This document shows, one piece after another, positions 36,701 to 48,952 of a stretch of 64,000 nt of DNA (its first letter is position 1; the number at the start of each line of letters is the position of its first letter). The stretch lies in the NCBI GenBank assembly GCA_019828565.1, contig JAHDYR010000001.1, positions 436,664 to 500,663 of the forward strand, in the 5' to 3' direction. The notes beneath the pieces were generated by a model. It was not told the origin of the DNA. It saw only the letters and a list, made by a program, of their open reading frames with translations, and made no database searches. The DNA is from Carpediemonas membranifera BICM. Taxonomy: Eukaryota > Protista > Fornicata. Both the position numbers and the translations under genes were made by a program.

Positions 36701-37520
36701 GAGCCCAGGTCGGCGGCTGGCGAGACATGAGTCTGGGAGCCACCCTGCGCGACAAGAGGGGCGCACCAGGCATGTGGGTGGCGGAGAGAGGGCTCTGCGG
36801 CTGTGTGCCCTCGGGCTGAGACTCGGTCTCTGGGGTTGGGTTGCTCCGCGTCAGATCCGACACTGAAGCAGTCTATCACCGATACTGCCTGTGGCTCCGG
36901 AGCTGGCTCGGCTTGCGTTACTCGAGCCGCGTCGACGATGGAGGCAGAATGATGGCGATGCTGAGGCAGGGGCGAGAGGGATGGCGTGCCAATGTTGCCC
37001 TCGTGGAGAGGCGAGGGAAGCGGGCCAGTAGTCCCTACATCAGTTAGAGAGGGGGTGGGGGACGCCAACGGATGCTGCGGCCTTGGCAAGGCGCCCTCTG
37101 GATCCCTGACGAAGACGAACTCGTGGTCAGTAAGCGAGATCAGCCTCTTCGCGTAGCGCTGAACTCTATCGATCGTCTTGACACTTTGGATCTTCGGCCA
37201 ACGAGCTGGTAGCTGCCCTAGAGCAGCCGTCGCCAACCTGCAGAGAATCGCATAGAAGTCAGATGTCTTGATCTTCTTCTTGGGCGTCTGAAGGATCTTA
37301 CGTAGCAGTTCATTGTCTCTAAGGACGTGTAAAACGCCCTCTTCGGCAAACCAGGTCTGTAGGAAGGTTGTTGGAATCATTCCGTGGTATTCTCTCTGAA
37401 TCGTGTTGGCCTCTGCGAGGAAAGCCAAATAACGACGATGAACGGATCTAGAATCGTCTGGAGGCGGATTGGGAAGCTCATTGCCGCCCGAATTGCCTTC
37501 CATCGTGATGTTCCGTTAAT
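33724..37520 (-). mobile_element. Site-specific RLE-type non-LTR retrotransposon, family A, copy 1 (full length)
   Basis: Flanked by CCACTTCGCACA (33712-33723, 37521-37532); AATAAA near the 3' end; single RT-RLE reading frame. Confidence 0.92.
33947..37503 (-). CDS. RT plus restriction-like endonuclease polyprotein, CRE/SLACS-like (frameshifts near 36170 and 35297)
   Basis: APGPTG, LRPVA.GE..RR, DLSNAYN, GVQQGDPLSP, YQDD, LP..HGGLG, CPIC..H..C, RHD, R.D...D.VV, K...Y. Confidence 0.88.
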
Positions 37521-37532
37521 CCACTTCGCACA

Positions 37533-40500
37533 TATGTTTATTGACGAATCGGTCAGCGCTACGGAGAAGCACACGGAGGGCTCGTTCGACGTCGTGGTCG
37601 CTCGTGGGCACGCTCGGGGGTGGTGTGGGGGCGATACGAGGCGTTGGGCCTAAAAGTGCGCGTTGCAGATTTTCGGCACTTCGACACCGAATGCGGGAAT
37701 TTCGCTGAGAAAGCAACGAATACGGAAAGTAGCGCTGAAAAAGAAATCAATATCAATTAGTCATCGCAAAAGGCGTTGTAGCCATGCGATGCAAGCACAG
37801 CGACCGCGTGCCGTGCTTCTTCAGTCCAATCACGGGCAACGAGGCAGTTTCCTCTCCAAATTGCTGCGAAAACACGTTCATGAACACGTGTTGCGTTCTT
37901 GCCGCTCATCAAAGCGGTGAACTCCTTCATCCAACCGTTTGCCGTCACCACGTGGCCGCCCATCTCTGAGCGCCTACCGCAGCGCCCATCGAGGGACACT
38001 ACGGCCGGGATCACATCAACATTCCACGGGGCGTACCGCTCACGCTTCTTCCGAGCCGTGTCGTGGTACTCGTTCGAGACCACAACATCGATGGCCGTAG
38101 GGTTCGTGCCGCGGTCGTTGAACGCGAAGACGTCAACTCGGGCGTCTCTGTGCGTTGTGTCGGGGTCTTTCGTGTAACGGGAGGAGTGGCGGAGCCAGAA
38201 CTCCTTCCTGGCAGGGACACCGTTGTTTGAGAGCTCCGAGAAGAGACTCTCGACGATCGTGTCGTGCCTGGCGGTGGTCTTGGCTCCTCCGTGAAGGCAT
38301 TTGCATGTCACCATATGCTCTGGGGTGGCCAACACGTGTCGGGGGTCAGCTCCGACGTTCAACTGGCCTGATGCCGCATTGGTTACTGACTTCAGGGCAC
38401 AGATTGGACAGAACTTAGTCGCGGACACGAAGGCAGCAAGCCCGAGGTGCTTTCTGAGGGCCGCCTGCAGCGGGACACCTGTAAGGCTCGTTGTGTGATC
38501 GTGACTGCGAAGGGGGTCGGCAGTCAGCGCGCGGCTTAGCACACTGGGCTGCGCTGTGTCGACACGAGCTTCCTTGGTCATGTTGGTAGTTATCTTGTCA
38601 ACCAAGTGTGCCTGTGTCTTCTCAGGCAGGGCCAGCAGCTGGGCTTCGGTGACTGGCCAACCAGTTGTGAGGTGCTGGAAACCTTCGCTGATTGTGGAAA
38701 GGGTGGCAGGAAGGCCATGCTTCTCCCCGTACCGTGCAAGTTGGCGCAGGGCACCAATCCTGGCACACGGCCAGACGATAGTGGGCATCGCGAAGCCCAG
38801 GCCACCATGCTTTGCCGGCAGCCCCAAGGCCTGACTGATGTCTGGCGACAGGGTGCGGCCAAGCACCTTCCCAACGACGTCGGATAGGGTGGACTGGCAG
38901 AAGGTCTCTGCGGGAGTGAGCACCTCGGGGGTGGGATCGACATTACGCATCAAGTGTGCAATCTTGGGGAGGACACAGAACTTGATCATCGACAGGGCTG
39001 GGCCAACACCCTCCGCACCGACATCCTCGCTGAAGTCGGCGATGGCCTTGAGGGTCAGGGCAGCCTTGTCAACAACTCTCTGCACTTCTCCCCGGACGAA
39101 CGACTCCCGGACCGACGGGAACACCGGTGATCACATGGGCCCCCACTCTACGGACATGGTCGGGGCGATCCAGGTTGGTGTCATGCCCGGCACCTTGGAT
39201 GAGCGCGACGCACTTGGACAGGTTGAGGCTCATCCCCACTTGGGAGAAGAGCTGCTTAGCGGTTTTCGCGATCTCATCAGCCGATGCCCGGTCGGTCAGG
39301 ATGTACGTGTCGTCCTGGTACGCGACTACACGGACGTTGTAGATGCTGCGTAGACGATCCAAGACGGGCTTCATCCCAAGGGAGAATAGAAGCGGAGACA
39401 GCGGGTCACCCTGCTGAACCCCTTCCTCTGAACGAAGGACGACTCCCGACGTGGAGAGGAGCAGCGACGAAGAGTACTGCCCCTTCACGTAGTCAACCAG
39501 GGCGGGACAGTAGGTGCTGACACATCTCAGCAGGAAGTCCCGGCTCAGGGTATTGTACGCGTTCGACAGGTCCAGGGATAGGACCGTACCACCGTCGTCG
39601 AAGTGACGCCTGGTGATGGCGACCATGCGCTCCAGACCACAACTCTCTCCCAACCCGAACTGGTCAACGAAGACCTCCTCGCGGAGCTTCGGCAGGACCG
39701 TTTCGGCAGCAGCCTTGGCCGCGATGCGGCGCAGGGCTTCTCCCATTGCTACCGGACGGAGCTTGCCGTTCTTCTTCGGGATGGGTACTAAGATGCTGTG
39801 GCTGAAGATTGCGTAGTTATTGTCACCATCGATGATCGCCTGCACGATCGGCAAGAGAGCTGCGACGAGCTCCTTGCGCATGATCTTGTAGGCTACCCTC
39901 AGGTGGAGGAAGCTCAGGCCGGTGGGTCCGGGAGCCTTGTCGGCGGGGAGGGACCCAAGAGCTTTCTTGAGAATCTTTCGGGAGATGGTGATAGACGATA
40001 ACGGGGCCGCTGGCACGTCTGACCAAGAGAAAGCCTCGAGGCCATCAGGGGGAGGGGTGTGCTTGCAGCTCCGCCAACTCGCGGTCGACCTCCTCGTCCG
40101 ACTTGGACTGCTCAGGGCACATGAGCGTATTGACTGCTCTTGCCAAGTAGCCACTCTTGGCTTGAAGTAGTGCACGCTTGCTCCTGCGGGTGCGGGCCCG
40201 GTTGGGGGCGGACCTAGGGGGACGGCGAGAGGAGGCGACAAAGGTGTCCAGCGTTGCTGGGTACCTCGCGAGCTGGAGTAGACGTTCCGTCTTCGTGGCA
40301 GGCTGGGCCGAAGCGACATCTGTCAACCGGTCGACAAGACCGCGTGACCAGGCGGTCGCCTTCCGGGTTGAGGGCTTCATGCGACCCAGTGATAGGGCTA
40401 CTTTCGGAGACGGGAGCCACTCCGGCCGCCTGTTCGCACCGTCGTGACGGCACGTGAACATGATGGCGGGGGGAGGAGGGAGTGGAGTGGCGAGGGATGA

Positions 40501-41327
40501 CTCGAGCTGTGAGCCCAGGTCGGCGGCTGGCGAGACATGAGTCTGGGAGCCACCCTGCGCGACAAGAGGGGCGCACCAGGCATGTGGGTGGCGGAGAGAG
40601 GGCTCTGCGGCTGTGTGCCCTCAATGAGACTCGGTCTCTGGGGTTGGGTTGCTCCGCGTCAGATCCGACACTGAAGCAGTCTATCACCGATACTGCCTGT
40701 GGCTCCGGAGCTGGCTCGGCTTGCGTTACTCGAGCCGCGTCGACGATGGAGGCAGAATGATGGCGATGCTGAGGCAGGGGCGAGAGGGATGGCGTGCCAA
40801 TGTTGCCCTCGTGGAGAGGCGAGGGAAGCGGGCCAGTAGTCCCTACATCAGTTAGAGAGGGGTGGGGGACGCCAACGGATGCTGCGGCCTTGGCAAGGCG
40901 CCCTCTGGATCCCTGACGAAGACGAACTCGTGGTCAGTAAGCGAGATCAGCCTCTTCGCGTAGCGCTGAACTCTATCGATCGTCTTGACACTTTGGATCT
41001 TCGGCCAACGAGCTGGTAGCTGCCCTAGAGCAGCCGTCGCCAACCTGCAGAGAATCGCATAGAAGTCAGATGTCTTGATCTTCTTCTTGGGCGTCTGAAG
41101 GATCTTACGTAGCAGTTCATTGTCTCTAAGGACGTGTAAAACGCCCTCTTCGGCAAACCAGGTCTGTAGGAAGGTTGTTGGAATCATTCCGTGGTATTCT
41201 CTCTGAATCGTGTTGGCCTCTGCGAGGAAAGCCAAATAACGACGATGAACGGATCTAGAATCGTCTGGAGGCGGATTGGGAAGCTCATTGCCGCCCGAAT
41301 TGCCTTCCATCGTGATGTTCCGTTAAT
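37533..41327 (-). mobile_element. RLE non-LTR family A, copy 2 (full length; CDS 37757-41310 with indels)
   Basis: Near-identical to copy 1; followed by CCACTTCGCACA at 41328-41339. Confidence 0.92.
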
Positions 41328-41339
41328 CCACTTCGCACA

Positions 41340-42214
41340 TATGTTTATTGACGAATCGGTCAGCGCTACGGAGAAGCACACGGAGGGCTCGTTCGACGTC
41401 GTGGTCGCTCGTGGGCACGCTCGGGGTGGTGTGGGGGCGATACGAGGCGTTGGGCCTAAAAGTGCGCGTTGCAGATTTTCGGCACTTCGACACCGAATGC
41501 GGGAATTTCGCTGAGAAAGCAACGAATACGGAAAGTAGCGCTGAAAAAGAAATCAATATCAATTAGTCATCGCAAAAGGCGTTGTAGCCATGCGATGCAA
41601 GCACAGCGACCGCGTGCCGTGCTTCTTCAGTCCAATCACGGGCAACGAGGCAGTTTCCTCTCCAAATTGCTGCGAAAACACGTTCATGAACACGTGTTGC
41701 GTTCTTGCCGCTCATCAAAGCGGTGAACTCCTTCATCCAACCGTTTGCCGTCACCACGTGGCCGCCCATCTCTGAGCGCCTACCGCAGCGCCCATCGAGG
41801 GACACTACGGCCGGGATCACATCAACATTCCACGGGGCGTACCGCTCACGCTTCTTCCGAGCCGTGTCGTGGTACTCGTTCGAGACCACAACATCGATGG
41901 CCGTAGGGTTCGTGCCGCGGTCGTTGAACGCGAAGACGTCAACTCGGGCGTCTCTGTGCGTTGTGTCGGGGTCTTTCGTGTAACGGGAGGAGTGGCGGAG
42001 CCAGAACTCCTTCCTGGCAGGGACACCGTTGTTTGAGAGCTCCGAGAAGAGACTCTCGACGATCGTGTCGTGCCTGGCGGTGGTCTTGGCTCCTCCGTGA
42101 AGGCATTTGCATGTCACCATATGCTCTGGGGTGGCCAACACGTGGCGGGGGTCAGCTCCGACGTTCAACTGGCCTGATGCCGCATTGGTTACTGACTTCA
42201 GGGCACAGATTGGA
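41340..42214 (-). mobile_element. RLE non-LTR family A, copy 3 (5'-truncated)
   Basis: Homology stops at 42214, followed by the TSD at 42215-42226. Confidence 0.92.
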
Positions 42215-42229
42215 CCACTTCGCACAAAC

Positions 42230-42233
42230 TTTT
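42230..42233 (+). terminator. Probable original Pol III terminator (TTTT) of the tRNA-Leu gene
   Basis: T4 run 3 nt after the last copy of the tRNA 3' end. Confidence 0.5.
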
Positions 42234-42267
42234 ACTCAAAGCAACATTCACCGCTAGCTAGACTAGG

Positions 42268-42445
42268 CTAGCCACCTAACTCATACTCCCAAAGGGGGGG
42301 TAAAGGATTTATTCTTCTCGGGCTCCTTTAGGCCCGATGTGCCTTCGGGCATTCGAAATTCTGATGCCATAAACTGCACGTTTCCGTGCGCCCTCTCGGG
42401 CGTCTCAGCACCCCGGGTGCCAATGGGCTCGAGTGGTACTCGAGT
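42268..42445 (-). mobile_element. Mini-1: non-autonomous derivative of the YR-A family, about 180 bp
   Basis: Diverged versions of both YR-A termini (CCTAACTCATA..; CTCAGCACC..GGTGCC..CGAGTG); ends at ATCC 42446-42449. Confidence 0.6.
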
Positions 42446-42464
42446 ATCCTAGCATCCTAACTAA

Positions 42465-44218
42465 CGGGCGCCAGAGAGGTCCCACTTTTGCTGAATACGG
42501 TTGGCAAGTGAGACCGGGCGAAGGGCGGCGATAAAAGCTTTGGCGATGATCTTATCGAGTCCGCGGGTGGGGCTGGCTTTTCTCGGGGTGTCCTGCTCAC
42601 TCGGCGTGCTGTCTGGCTTCTGGGTGATGACCTTGCTGAGGGCGGCCTCGTCTTCATCCACCTCGGCGGGCTCGGGCTCTGGCTTGGCGCCGAGCTCGGC
42701 GTTGAGAAGGGCATGGGCGTGGGAGCGCAGCTCCTCGGTCTCAGCCATGAGACGAGATACGGCCTCGATCGTGGACTTGGTTCGGTCCTGCGTGAGGGCC
42801 CGGATTTCTTGGATGGTTTTCTCAAGGGTTCTCGGGAAAGAAAGAGCGGTGATTTCGGCGAGAAGTTCTGCGTCGTTGAGTGCTTCGACGTCGACGTTGC
42901 GGACAAATCGGACATGACTGACTTGATCCTCGGTGAGGCACTCGTAAGCCGTTATGACGGTTGTGGTAGGAGCATGCTTCTGCGCGAACGTGAGGGCGCG
43001 TTTGAACGCGCGAACGGACTCTCTAGAGAAGTCCGATAGTGATGGCGGAATCCAATTATTCATTTCGGAAAGTGATCACTGTGCCGGGGCGAAGAGATTG
43101 GAACATTTACATAAACTGCGGACGTGGATGCCTTATGACACGTCTGAAACACGAACGGCGATGCGCGCCAGCCGAAGCCTAGCACTCTGTACTGAAACGC
43201 TCGTCCGTCTGGAAGATAGACTCCTAGCAGCTTGCGGTCCTCCTTCCGTACTGGTACTTGATGGTACCCGGACTTGAGGTCGAACTTGACCATCCAGTCG
43301 CCCCTCTGGAGAAGGGAGAGAGCTCTGCGCAGACCGTAGAGCCGGAAGGATGAGCGCTCTGCCGAGCAGTCGTTCAGTATCGTGAGGTTGTGAATGATCC
43401 TCTTCGACTCGCCCTTCGGCACAGTAAACAGCGAGGCGGTGTGTCGCAGGGAAGAGGGATTCACTTGCTCTATGACGCCTGTCTCTATCAAGGAAGGAAT
43501 CTGCTGGACAATGAATGGGTCGACTGTCGGCTGTTGCCTTGGTGCTGGTGGTTGACTTCTCAGACGGATCTCGACCCCGTATCGTAACCAGTTGATCACC
43601 CGTTGTGATGCTCCCAACCTCTGCCACTCCCTCCACGCCGCGTTCATGCATGGAAAGAGGGTTAGGTGTGGGCTCTCTTGCCGGAGGATCCTGTCTGAGT
43701 GCGACCTCGGTCCTGAGCGCGGCCACCGCGGCGAAAATTAGCGTCGCGCTTATCGCCCTTAGACTTGGCGCGGGCCGCCAGTTCCAGGACCTCGTCGCGA
43801 TCAGGCACGCCCTTCGCCTTGCAATAGTTCTCGAACCGCTCTGCAGTAGCGTCAGTGTACACGTCCTTGATTAGAAGGTACTGGATTCTTGCAAAGAGAA
43901 TGTTCTCGATCTCCTTCATCTTTGCGCCGTTCTCGATCCTATTCATGGTCTTGTATACGAATCTGGCCTCATCTTCGAGGCCGAACCTCTTTGGCATCTC
44001 CAGGAACAGTGGACGGCGAGCTGCTTGCTGCTCCAAAATTGCTTCCGATTGTATCTTAACCAAGCGCTCCAGCTTCTCGATACGCTTGTTAAGCTCATCG
44101 GGACTGTCTTGCGGCGGCAGGTCTTCGTTATCAGACATCCTGCCGATGCGTTTCGAAGTGTGACCTAAAGTGCACATTGATCGGCGCGCGCAGGTGCCAG
44201 TGATGGTCCTGTGACAGG
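42465..44218 (-). mobile_element. Partial duplicate of YR-B (gag 43662-44138, RT start) carrying the Ty3-3 5' LTR (43080-43140) and a gag fragment
   Basis: Near-identical to 60093-61848. Confidence 0.9.
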
Positions 44219-44222
44219 ATCC

Positions 44223-44525
44223 TAGCATCCTAACTCATATCCAAATGGGGGGAATAATATTTACTCGGATTTCCTGTCTCTCCGCGTAAATATTCAGCGT
44301 CTTCTTTCGTTTCCCGCGTTCCTCGCGAGACGAGGCAGGTCCGTCGTTCGTGACCCTCTGCCTTGGGCGTGCCCGTGTCTTCTTCGGGCATCTTTCGAAT
44401 TCTGCCATATCCTGCACATCTGGTCGAATCAATCCAACGATCAATAGTCTCCGGCCCGCGCTCCCCGCGGGACCCTCCGACCCTCAGCACCCTGGGTGCC
44501 CTGGTCGAGTGCTGCTCGCTAGAGT
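44223..44525 (-). mobile_element. Mini-2: non-autonomous YR-A derivative, about 300 bp
   Basis: About 165 bp shared with the YR-A 5' end (about 52178-52346) and about 27 bp with its 3' end (44530-44556); bounded by ATCC on both sides. Confidence 0.8.
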
Positions 44526-44786
44526 ATCCTAGCATCCTAACTCATATCCAAATGGGAAACCGACCAATCCCGTCCTCCTCAGGGAGTTAGCTGCACTATG
44601 CAAGCTTCTGTGCCAGCGGCGACAGGCGCACAGCGGGTCCTGCAGCAGGACACGGGCGGACATCTTGGCCGGGCACACCTTCCCTCAAGGCTCTGACGGG
44701 TGGGAGAGTAGAGACAACTTGTACTAGCACGGATCGTTTATTTGTTTGTGCAGGACGCTGAACCAATGTCCTGCCTTGACAGTAGC

Positions 44787-47700
44787 TTAGAGTTGCCAGC
44801 CATTGCGGCGGCAGGCGGCCTCGACTGGCTGTCTCCATGAAGGGCTGACGTTGAGAAAGTCGTCGAGAGCGGCCATCTGGGCTGTCTCAGCGTTGAGCGT
44901 GACCTCCGAATCCTCTGCTGACTCGCACCCGGCCCAGTGGACTAGGAGGTATATGGTCTTCGATCTGGCTGGACGACGGGCCGAGACGATGTGGTCTACG
45001 GCGTACTCCCCCTCTTGCTCGGCGACTAGGGTCTTGAGCTCGTCGAGGTCCGTGGAGCCAGTCCAGGCCTTGATTCGGCGGTCGGAAACTTCCATGGTCT
45101 TATCGGTCGTGATGTGTTGGATGATCGACGACGACGTGTGGTCACCGCGGCGTAGATATCTGAACGGACCGCGCCAGTTTGCCTCGATCTTGGCGGACTT
45201 CGGACGAAGGAGGAGTACGAGAGAGCCGGGCTCGTGCGTGGGGGGCACATTGGTGGGAATTGCAGCCTTCTTGGCGGCGTAGCGAGCGAGGGCTTCGCGG
45301 GCGGCCTTTAGGCGCGAAGGATCGGCCTTCCCTTCGGTGAATGGGAAGAGGATGTCCAGAGGAGAGGCCTTGGTGGACGAAACCTGCTTGGAATTGAGGA
45401 TAAGCTCGACAGAGGGCAGATGTTCGTCCCAGGGTTGCATCGTAGCGGGCTTGATGATCTTTTCGATCTCGAAGTTGTACCTTTCCACAATGCCGTTGGA
45501 CTGTGGGCTGTAAGGGGCGGAAAAGCGGTGATTCAACGAGAGTGCGCATGTAAGCTCATCTATTAGCTTCGCTGTGAACTGCGAGCCGTTGTCGGACTGG
45601 ATCTCGCGAGGTACGCCGTAGGCACCGCAGTAAGCATAAAGTGCGCGAGCGGCCGCGAGGGCGTCAGTGGACGTGGCTGGGAACAGTCTGATGTACCTGG
45701 AGAAGGTGTCCACGATCGAGATGATGTAGGAGTTTCCCGACGACGTGGTGGGTAGGGGTCCAAGAGTGTCGACCTGAACTCTGTGGAAAGGAGCGTCCGA
45801 GGAGGATGGGTGATACGCGATGGGGCACTCTCTGGCAGGGGCATGCAGCTGGCAGTGGGGGCAGGCCTTGATCCAGCGTCTGATGTCTTTGTACATGCCA
45901 GGCCACGTGGTCTTGGCGGCTTTGACACGGCGAATGCACTCGTCGACGCCGAAGTGTCCGACCGCGTCATTGTGGACGGCGGAGAACTTGTCGAAGTGAG
46001 GCTCTTGGACGACAGCGTTGACTACAGGCGCGTCGGGGAGGATCCGGGAGAGGACGTCTGCAATGACGTTGTCGACGCCACGGACGTGCTGAATGGTGAA
46101 GCGAAACTCGGATAGTCGTAGGGCCCAGCGGAGAAGCTTTTTGACAGTCGGGGCCTTCCGTCTGAGTTGGACGAGGTTGCTATGGTCGGTGTGGACATGT
46201 AGGTCAGACTTGATCTGGAAGAGGGGTTCGAAGACCTTGTTGGTGAGGACAGAGATCACGGCATGCAACTCTTGTTCGTATGTTGACCAATTCGACATGG
46301 TCTTGTCGTAGGTCTTCTGGAAACAGGCCAGAATTGAGCGAGTACCGTCCTCCTCATCTTGTATTAGCACGCCTCCTTCGCCAAGTGATGAAGCGTCGGT
46401 GTAAATGTGCCAGGGTCTATCGAGGTCTGGGTATGTTAGGCTGATGTGAAGCGCCAACTGGGACTTGATGTCGTCAAAAGCAGTCAGTTGTTCCTCGCCG
46501 AAGACGAACTCGCCGGCTCTGAGTGACCGGTTGAGTGTGGCGAGTGACTTGGTGGCGTCAGGCAGGAACTGTGCGATGTAGTTGATCTTTCCGAGGATTG
46601 ACTTCAACTCAGACTGGTCCCGGGGGGGCCTGAGGCTGACGATGGCCTGGATGCGGTCGGGGTCGACATGTATGCCATTTCGGTCGACGATAAAGCCGAC
46701 CGATCTGACCTCGGAGGCGCCGATGACGCATTTTGCGGGCGAGAGCTTGAGGTTATGCTCCCGCAAGGCCATGAATATGGTGCGCAGGTCGTCGATGAAC
46801 GTGTCATCTGAGGGGGCGGCCTCGAGGATGTCGTCGAGGTACGCCTTGCAGCGGCCGGTGGCAATGGCGGGTGCCATGACGGCCTGGATGGTACGCTGGA
46901 AGTACGAGGGCGCCGAGGCAAGGCCGAACGGGACGCGGGTGTACTGTAGGTAGTCGTCTGGCGTGACAAAGGCGGAGAGGGCTTGTGAATCATCGTGGAG
47001 GGGAAGCTGGTGATATCCCTTGACGAGGTCAAGAGCAGCGAACCACTTCGCGCCGCGCATGGACATCAGAAACTCTCTGATGTTAGGTAGCGGGAAGTGA
47101 TCCTCCACGAGGTGCTTGTTCAGCTCCGAGTAGTCGACGCACATGCGTGTCTTGTCTTTCTGCTTGACGAGGACGATAGGTGAGGCGAAAGGGCCTTTGG
47201 AGGGAGTGACGATGCCATTCTGGGCGAGCTCCGCTACGATCTCCTTCGTCTTCTTCCTGTTATCAGGCGAGAGGCGGCGCGGCTTAATTTGCACGAGGGT
47301 ATCGTCCTTGACGTGCAAGACCATGGGGGAACGTTGGCCGGTTCAGGACCGAGCGGCTCGAAGATGTCTGAGAACTCTCGCAGAAGTGGCACGACGCGAG
47401 AGCGGAGCTCGTCCGAGGGTATTTGGACTGACTGCCAGCCCGAGCGGTAGTCTGCAAGGGCTGACTGTAGCCTTGATCCGGACACCGAGAACACTGGGAG
47501 GACGACGTCGTCAGCCGCTGGCGTAGAGTGTGTGAGCCCAAGCGATAGGCCGTCTGAAGTGAGAACGCCGAGGTCTCTGAGAGTGTCGCACCCGATTAGA
47601 GGACACTGGCGGCCAGGGAGGATGATGAAACGGACGGAGACAGCGACAGGGAATCCGGCGAGGCCCGTGAAGAGGATGGGCGCATCTACGGCCTGATTGA

Positions 47701-48748
47701 CGGTGATTGAGCTGCCGTCGGCGAGAATGACCGACACGGGGTCGATGCTGGTGCGGGGGAGCTGCCATATCTTTGCGTAACGATCACTCGTGCATGAGAT
47801 TGCTGCGCCCGTGTCAATGATGGCTTGGAAGTGGGACGTGCCGCATGAGGCGGGCACCTTAAGGGCGTCGGCTCCGCGGCTTTTCGCGAAGTTGACCTGT
47901 GTCTGGGGACCACGTGACTGACGAGAGGGGCAATCTCGGTCGAAGTGGTTGCCCTGACAGTGGCGACAGGGGCGTGCCGGCTGCCGGGTGTTGTCGCCCG
48001 AGGGCCCGGTGTTGCCGTTATTGTTGGCTGGAGTGGAGCTCTGGGCGTAGTAGCCGTATCGGAGAGCCTCCTCGCGGGCGTTGTCGTCGCGTTTGGCAAC
48101 GCGGAGGGCAAGGCGCTGGAGATCATCCATGGCGGTGGGCTTGCGTTCAGCCTTCTTGAACTTCATGACCTCCTTGAAGGGCTTCGGACGTAGGTTGTCG
48201 ATGAAGATCCTCATACAGTCTTTCAGAAAGCCTGAGGGGGATTGAGGATCGGGATCGTCGTCATCAGGGGCATCACCGTCGACGTGCCTTGCAGGGACGA
48301 TGGCTGCTTCTTCGTAGTCGCTGTCGGAGCTGCTGTCGGATTTGGAGTCGGAGTCGTTGTCGTCATCACGTTGTAGTACGGTGTGCAGGTTAAAAACCTC
48401 GTTGAAGCGGTGGATATAGTCTCGGACTAGAACGATTCTAGACTTCTTGTGCGTTGCGTCTACGGCACAGACAATCTTGTCGAGACGTTCCTTGAGTGAG
48501 AGTAGGTCTCTTGGAGCGATCAGACGCTCGATGAGGTGACCCACCTCTTCGTCAGTAAGCGTGTCCAGATCGGCATCGAACTGGAGCTCGAGGGCGTTGT
48601 AGAGGTCGTCGTCTAAAAACAGGGAGATCTTGGCCTCGGGGTAGTATACCTGGAACTTTCTGAATGAGCGCTTGGCGGCCCGCCAAGAGTCGGCGGAAAG
48701 ACCGGCCAAGGGGATACTGGGCTGCTCTATGGGAGTAGGCAACACCAT
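44787..48748 (-). CDS. Ty3-4 gag-pol with chromodomain (homopolymer frameshift near 47325)
   Basis: CRHCQGNHFDRDC, IIDTGA, YLDD, YTDAS, DDE integrase, GPF, EYAVDHI chromodomain. Confidence 0.92.
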
Positions 48749-48766
48749 GATGGAGAGTATTAATAC

Positions 48767-48883
48767 TGTGCTCGAGAGGACGGAAAAACAACTTGGTGCT
48801 TTAGTCAAAGAGAAGTCGACACAACAGTGTCGACCGGAATGGCGGATCGAATCGCCAATCAAATATTTTATTTGATTGGCACA
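48767..48883 (-). repeat. Candidate Ty3-4 5' LTR (TGTGC..GCACA); no identical partner found
   Basis: Starts at the same position relative to the palindrome and gag ATG as the other families; contains a TCGACAC/GTGTCGA hairpin like the gag-only LTR. Right boundary uncertain. Confidence 0.5.
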
Positions 48884-48952
48884 CTGCCACAGCGGCTCCT
48901 TGCCGCCTCGGCTCACCGGACGTCGCCATGACGATCCTCGGTGCGATGGTGT

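Noticed and set aside
44340-44560. Group I/II intron, hammerhead or HDV ribozyme in the YR termini
   Set aside because: A GAGACTA match is not conserved in Mini-1, and no full catalytic core could be assembled by eye.
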